In this document: piece after piece, positions 59,318-64,000 of the stretch
How the letters are laid out: every line of letters starts with the position of its first letter
How positions within the stretch are numbered: position 1 is the first letter of the stretch
Source: a bacterium
GTDB lineage: Bacteria > UBA8248
Direction of reading: 5' to 3'
Length of the DNA: 64,000 bases
Assembly: GCA_965199855.1 (NCBI GenBank)
Contig: OZ241326.1
Coordinates: forward strand, 1,408,001-1,472,000
Notes under the pieces: model-generated
The model's input: the letters and a program-made list of their open reading frames with translations, nothing else
Databases searched by the model: none
What the model was told of the DNA's origin: nothing
Position numbers and translations under genes: made by a program

Positions 59318-62032
59318 ATGGCCGGACAGTTCACGAAAGACGCCAAGCCTCTCGTCTCCCGAACGAGGGGCGGCCCAACCTGCCTTTTTCTGCCGGACGC
59401 CGCGGCCCCCGCCGTGAGCGCGCAGGCCTGGTTTCCCGTCGGCAGCCTCACGGAAACGGACGCGCTGGAGGGCGTCTCCCACTTCCTGGAGCACATGATA
59501 TTCAAGGGTTCGCGGAATCTGGGAGTCGGGGAGCTCGCGTCGCTGGCGGAGTCCTCCGGCGGAGACGTCAACGCCTACACGGCGAGCGAATCCACCCATT
59601 ACGATCTGATATCGACGCCGGATGCGTTTGAAGCGTGCCTGGAGGCCCTCCTCGACGCGCTTTGGCGGCCGCGGTTCGACGAGAGCGAAATTCGCCGGGA
59701 AAGACGGGTGATTCTCTCCGAGATCAATCGCGCATACGAGCAGCCGGACCAGCAGCTTCAGCATCACCTCCATCGGGAAGCCTACGGCCGCGGGCACCCT
59801 TTCGGGCGTCCCGTCCTGGGCACGCGGCGGACGGTGAAGGGCCTGGGCGCGCGGGAGCTGAGGAAATATCACGAGAAATTCTATTCCCCCTCGTCCGCCG
59901 TCCTGGTGTTCGCCGGAGCGTTCGACCTCCGGAGAATCAAATCCGTTCTGGGAAAAGAGCGAAAAGCCTGGCTCGCCCGATGGCCGGCCCCCCGGCGCGG
60001 GAAGAAGAGGGTTCCCGCGCCTGCGCCTCCGCGGGCGGGGCCGCGCGTCGTCGTGCGGCGGGGCCGCGCGGGGGTGGCGCATCTGGACCTCGCGTTCGGG
60101 ATTCCTTCCCTGACCCACCGGGACGCTCCCGCGCTGGAGGCGCTCGCCATGGTTCTCGGGGCGGGCGCGAGCTCCCGCCTGTATGAGCGTTTGCGCATGG
60201 GCGAGCCGCTGATGTTCGACGTTTCCGCGGAAGCCTGCCTCTCCGGCGGACCGGGGCTGTTCTTCATAGGCGGATGCGCGGCGCCGGAAAACGTGGAGAA
60301 GGCCGTCGAGGGAATCCTCCGCGAGGCGAGGCGAATCATCCGGGACGCGCCGGCGACCCCGGAGGAACTGGAAAAGATGCGCATGAATTATCGGGCGGGC
60401 ATGGAGTTCCGGCGCGAGAGCATGAGGGGGCGCGCCCGCGCGGCGGGCTACTCCGAGCTGATCGCCGGGGACGCCGGCTTCTATCTCGAATACATGAAAA
60501 GGGTGATGGCGGCGGGGGCGAGCGACCTCTCGGACGCGGCGCGGCGGTATTTGAAGCCCTCGCGGCTGACCGCGGGCGCGTTCTTCCCCAAGGGAGAGGG
60601 AGCGGGCGTCGGCGCGGGGAGGATTCGCGCGGCGATACGGGAGGGCCTCGGAAATGGCGCGCGGGGAAAGGCCGGCGGCGCGCGCCGAAGCCGGAGCGAG
60701 GCGGAAAATCCCGCGCTCCCCGCCGGCTCCGCCTCGAAAGCCGTCGGCTCTTGGAAAAATCCGGCGGTGGCGAAGGAGGGGAGCAGGCCGGTGCGGAGGA
60801 AGCTTCCGGGCGGCGGACGGCTGATCATGCTGCCCGGAGGCGGCCCCGCCGTCTTCTCGCTGCGCGCCGTATTCCCGGGCGGTCAAAGAAGCGAAACCGC
60901 CCGCCGGAGCGGACTGCACGCCCTGATGGCCTCCGCGGCTCCCCTGGCGACCGGGAGCAGCCCGTCGCGCGTCCACGCGAAGGAGGTCGAGGGCCTGGGC
61001 GCCGTCATTGACGGATTTGCGGGAAAAAATACTTTCGGGCTGACGGCCGCGGGCCTCGGCGCGGCGCTGCCCGAGGTGGCGGAGAAGTTCGTGGAGGTCC
61101 TGACCGATCCCGCTTTCGACGAGGAAGACGTCGAATTCGTCAAGGCGGAGATCGAGGCGGAGCGGGAGAGCGAATTCGACGATCCGGGACGATACTGCCG
61201 GCTCATGGGGCATCGGCTTTTATACGGAAGCCATCCGCTGGGCCGCCATCCGCTTGGAACCCCCGGGACGATGGCCGCCCTGAACCGGCGCGTCCTGAGG
61301 CGCGAATGGCGCGGGAGGGCGTCCCCCCCGAGCCTCATCGTCGCGGCGGCCGGCAATTTCGACGCCGATCGTCTGGCGGAGCGGCTCTCGAAAATGCTCG
61401 CTCCCTGGGCGAGAGGCGCTCCGCGGGAAGCCCCGCTCCTCCAGCCGGCCCCGCCCCGAAGTTTCGCGAGGAGGCGCCTTCGCTCCTACGCGATCGAGGG
61501 CGCGTCGCAGGGCCATATTCACATGTCCTTTCTGGGGGCGACCTTTCGCGAACCCGCGAGGCGCGCGCTCGCCGTCGTCGCGGCGATCCTGGGAAGCCAG
61601 GGGGGCGGGCTCTTCTGGGAGTTGCGGGAAAGGCGCGGTCTCGCCTACGACGTGAGCGTCTCCTCCCAGGAATCTCTCGACCCGGGGGCGATCTCGATTT
61701 ACGCGGCCACGCTTCCGGGCGAGGAAAGACTGGCGGTCGAGCTGATTCGCCGGGAAATCGCCCGCCTGAGCCGAAAGGGGCCGGGCGAGGAGGAGCTGCG
61801 CCGGGCGAAGTCGTATATCATCGGCGGGATGTCCCGCGCGCATCAGCGAGCCTCCGCGAGAGCGTCCGATCTGGCGTTCGGACTCGCCTACGGCCTGCGG
61901 TGGGAAACGCTCGGGGAGGCATCGGGGCGAATCGAGCGGGTGAGCGGGGGCGCCGTCAAAAGAGCCGCGCGCCGCTTCATGAGCCCGGAGAAGGAATGCC
62001 TCGTGACGGTATCGGATGGCTCCGCGAAATAG
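59318..62032 (+). CDS. M16 family zinc protease (pitrilysin/PqqL-like, two fused halves)
   Basis: HFLEHMIFKGS (HxxEH), NAYT, SRLYERLR, ELRERRGLAY. Confidence 0.9.
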   Translation: MAGQFTKDAKPLVSRTRGGPTCLFLPDAAAPAVSAQAWFPVGSLTETDALEGVSHFLEHMIFKGSRNLGVGELASLAESSGGDVNAYTASESTHYDLISTPDAFEACLEALLDALWRPRFDESEIRRERRVILSEINRAYEQPDQQLQHHLHREAYGRGHPFGRPVLGTRRTVKGLGARELRKYHEKFYSPSSAVLVFAGAFDLRRIKSVLGKERKAWLARWPAPRRGKKRVPAPAPPRAGPRVVVRRGRAGVAHLDLAFGIPSLTHRDAPALEALAMVLGAGASSRLYERLRMGEPLMFDVSAEACLSGGPGLFFIGGCAAPENVEKAVEGILREARRIIRDAPATPEELEKMRMNYRAGMEFRRESMRGRARAAGYSELIAGDAGFYLEYMKRVMAAGASDLSDAARRYLKPSRLTAGAFFPKGEGAGVGAGRIRAAIREGLGNGARGKAGGARRSRSEAENPALPAGSASKAVGSWKNPAVAKEGSRPVRRKLPGGGRLIMLPGGGPAVFSLRAVFPGGQRSETARRSGLHALMASAAPLATGSSPSRVHAKEVEGLGAVIDGFAGKNTFGLTAAGLGAALPEVAEKFVEVLTDPAFDEEDVEFVKAEIEAERESEFDDPGRYCRLMGHRLLYGSHPLGRHPLGTPGTMAALNRRVLRREWRGRASPPSLIVAAAGNFDADRLAERLSKMLAPWARGAPREAPLLQPAPPRSFARRRLRSYAIEGASQGHIHMSFLGATFREPARRALAVVAAILGSQGGGLFWELRERRGLAYDVSVSSQESLDPGAISIYAATLPGEERLAVELIRREIARLSRKGPGEEELRRAKSYIIGGMSRAHQRASARASDLAFGLAYGLRWETLGEASGRIERVSGGAVKRAARRFMSPEKECLVTVSDGSAK

Positions 62033-62041
62033 CCCGGCTCT

Positions 62042-62728
62042 CTAGCGGTCGGCTCGCTGAATCTCGAGCAGGTCCTTTTGCAGCTCTCGCAGCCTCTCGC
62101 GCAGCTGCTCCATTTCCTGGATGATTTTTTCTTCTTTCCGGGATTTGCGCAGCATTCGCTCAAGACGCCTGCGCTCCTGCGCCAGCCTGCGCCTTCTGGA
62201 AGCGCGCCTCGCCCGCCTTTCCTCCTGCTTTACCTCATGAATGCGCTGGCGCAGCGCCTCGGGGTCCAAGAGCGCGCCGGGCGTCAGGGACGCCTCCCGC
62301 GGGCCTTCGCCGCGCGCGGTTCTCCCGCCGGTTCCCCGGGCCTCTCCGGGATTGAGGTCTTCTTCTTTCGGAGAATGCCCCCTGGACGGAAAGCGATCCT
62401 GAAAAGGCGCGCTCTTCGCTCGCGCCGCATTCCGGGGAGGACGCTTTCTGGATGGAAGCGGCTCCTGAAAGCGGCGCGCGGCGGCGGGCCTTGCGGCGGC
62501 TTTCGCTTCGCTCGCGCCCGGCTTCTCCGCGCTCTCGCGCTGGTATTTCGATATGGATACCAGCGTATCCGAAACGGTTTTTTTGGTGTTCTCCCAGATG
62601 TTTTTCGCCGCGGCGCCGGCTCCGCCGCACCCGGCGGCCAAGAGGAGCAGCGACGCGGCGGGCGCGAGAAGAAGCCTTCCCGGAGGGGAAAAATCAGTTC
62701 GCGGCTCGCCAGTATTCTTTTCTCTCAT
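62042..62728 (-). CDS. Hypothetical lipoprotein with C-terminal coiled coil
   Basis: LLLAAGC lipobox; E/R/L-rich heptads; overlaps the hflX stop. Confidence 0.55.
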   Translation of the reverse strand: MREKNTGEPRTDFSPPGRLLLAPAASLLLLAAGCGGAGAAAKNIWENTKKTVSDTLVSISKYQRESAEKPGASEAKAAARPAAARRFQEPLPSRKRPPRNAARAKSAPFQDRFPSRGHSPKEEDLNPGEARGTGGRTARGEGPREASLTPGALLDPEALRQRIHEVKQEERRARRASRRRRLAQERRRLERMLRKSRKEEKIIQEMEQLRERLRELQKDLLEIQRADR

Positions 62729-63998
62729 CTTGCGCGTCCATGTCCGATAGGCGGCGGGATGCCTCCTCCACCAGGGGAACGAGGCTTTTGGGGTCCATGC
62801 CGCTCACGGCGACGCCGTTGAACCGGCGGCACAGATTCGCCAGACGAATGTCGTCCGTCTTGTCCATTTTGTTGAAAACGCGAACGAGGGGCGTGTCCCG
62901 CAGCCCGATCTCGCCCAGGGTCTTCTCCACCGAAGCGAGGTTTTCCTCGCAATGCGGGGATGCGGCGTCAATCACGTGAAGAAGGAGGTCCGCCTCGCTC
63001 AATTCCTCCAGCGTGGAGCGAAACGCCCCGATCAGCTCCTGCGGGAGGTCGTGAATGAAGCCGACGGTGTCCGTGATGACGACTTCGCGCTCGCGGGGGA
63101 GCCTGAGCCTTCGGCTCGACGTGTCCAGGGTGGCGAAAAGGCGATCCTCGGCCAAGACCTCGCTGTTCGTCAGGGCGTTCAGCAGGGTGGACTTGCCCGC
63201 GTTGGCGTAGCCCACGAGGGAGAGAACCGGCACTTCCCGGCGGCGGCGGAGCTGGCGGCCCCGGGCGCGCTTCCTCCGGAGGCTTTCGAGCTCCTTCTCC
63301 ACCCTGCGGATGCGCTCGAACGCGCGGCGGCGGTGAATCTCCAGTTTCGTCTCGCCGGGCCCCCTGCCGCCGATTCCGCCGGCGAGCCTGCTCAGCGCCG
63401 TGTGCCGCGACGAGATGCGCGGCAGCGCGTAGCGCAGCAGGGCGAGTTCCACCTGAAGCTTGCCGACGCGGCTTTTGGCCCTCTGGGCGAAGATGTCGAG
63501 AATGATTTGCGTCCGATCCAGAATTTTCAGATCGGTGAATTCCGATAAATTCTTGATTTGCGAGGGCGTCAGCTCGCTGGAGAAGAAAAGCGCCTCCGCG
63601 CCTACTCGCATGGAGTTCATCAGGACGTCCGCCAGACGGCCTCTGCCGATGACGAAGCGCGGGTCCGGCCTTTTGCGGCGCTGGAGAATCCTTCCGCAGG
63701 GAATGAAGCCCGCCTCGCGCGTGAGGAGGGAGAGTTCCTCGAGCTCGGTCTCGGCCGGGCGGTTCGCCGCCCGCCCGGCGTCCAGATGCACCAGCAGGGC
63801 GCGCTCTCCCTCTTCGAGCTGGATCGACGCCCGCTGAACGCGGGCGAATTCATCCTCGAGGGAATCGACGAGGGCTTCGATGTCGATGCGGCCCGACTCC
63901 AGGTTCGGGAAGGAGCGGATTTCCCAGGGCGCCCGATTCTCCGCGAACGAGGAGCCGCCGTCCGGCTCGCCTTCATCGGGAAGCCCGGGCGTGATGTG
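62694..63998 (-). CDS. hflX: GTPase HflX, long N-terminal form, 5'-truncated by the window edge
   Basis: DRTQIILDIFAQRA, RGPGETKLE, GYANAGKST, LFATLD, DTVGFI, NKMD; frame open to the window end. Confidence 0.93.
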   Translation of the reverse strand, partial: HITPGLPDEGEPDGGSSFAENRAPWEIRSFPNLESGRIDIEALVDSLEDEFARVQRASIQLEEGERALLVHLDAGRAANRPAETELEELSLLTREAGFIPCGRILQRRKRPDPRFVIGRGRLADVLMNSMRVGAEALFFSSELTPSQIKNLSEFTDLKILDRTQIILDIFAQRAKSRVGKLQVELALLRYALPRISSRHTALSRLAGGIGGRGPGETKLEIHRRRAFERIRRVEKELESLRRKRARGRQLRRRREVPVLSLVGYANAGKSTLLNALTNSEVLAEDRLFATLDTSSRRLRLPREREVVITDTVGFIHDLPQELIGAFRSTLEELSEADLLLHVIDAASPHCEENLASVEKTLGEIGLRDTPLVRVFNKMDKTDDIRLANLCRRFNGVAVSGMDPKSLVPLVEEASRRLSDMDAQDERKEYWRAAN

Positions 63999-64000
63999 GG

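Overview
High-GC bacterial chromosome segment, gene-dense and mostly metabolic. It encodes ABC transporter parts, LLM/PPOX flavin or F420 oxidoreductases, peptidases, a Rieske/cytochrome b/octaheme cytochrome c operon, an acyl-CoA synthetase, form II cox-like molybdoenzyme genes, an AOR-family enzyme, an acyl-CoA mutase, CoA transferases, UxaA/SuyAB-like dehydratase subunits, queE, rlpA and hflX. It also holds tRNA-Leu(TAA), a disrupted HEPN gene, a VapBC-type toxin-antitoxin pair, a decaying liv operon, a perfect parS palindrome, REP-like repeats and a dispersed intergenic element present three times. The main signal the ORF track hides is two genes split by a single in-frame UGA, each followed 11-13 nt later by a SECIS-like bulged hairpin. 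One is an AhpD-like protein with a CxxU motif (5849-6448). The other is a family I CoA-transferase alpha subunit (55723-56550), a candidate unusual selenoprotein. Other highlights are a low-potential Rieske/cyt b complex whose c-type partner is a reductive-type HAO-like octaheme protein, and an acyl-CoA mutase with a remodelled active site. Several 1-nt frameshifts could be either assembly errors or real decay. All calls come from reading the sequence and recalling motifs; no searches were run.
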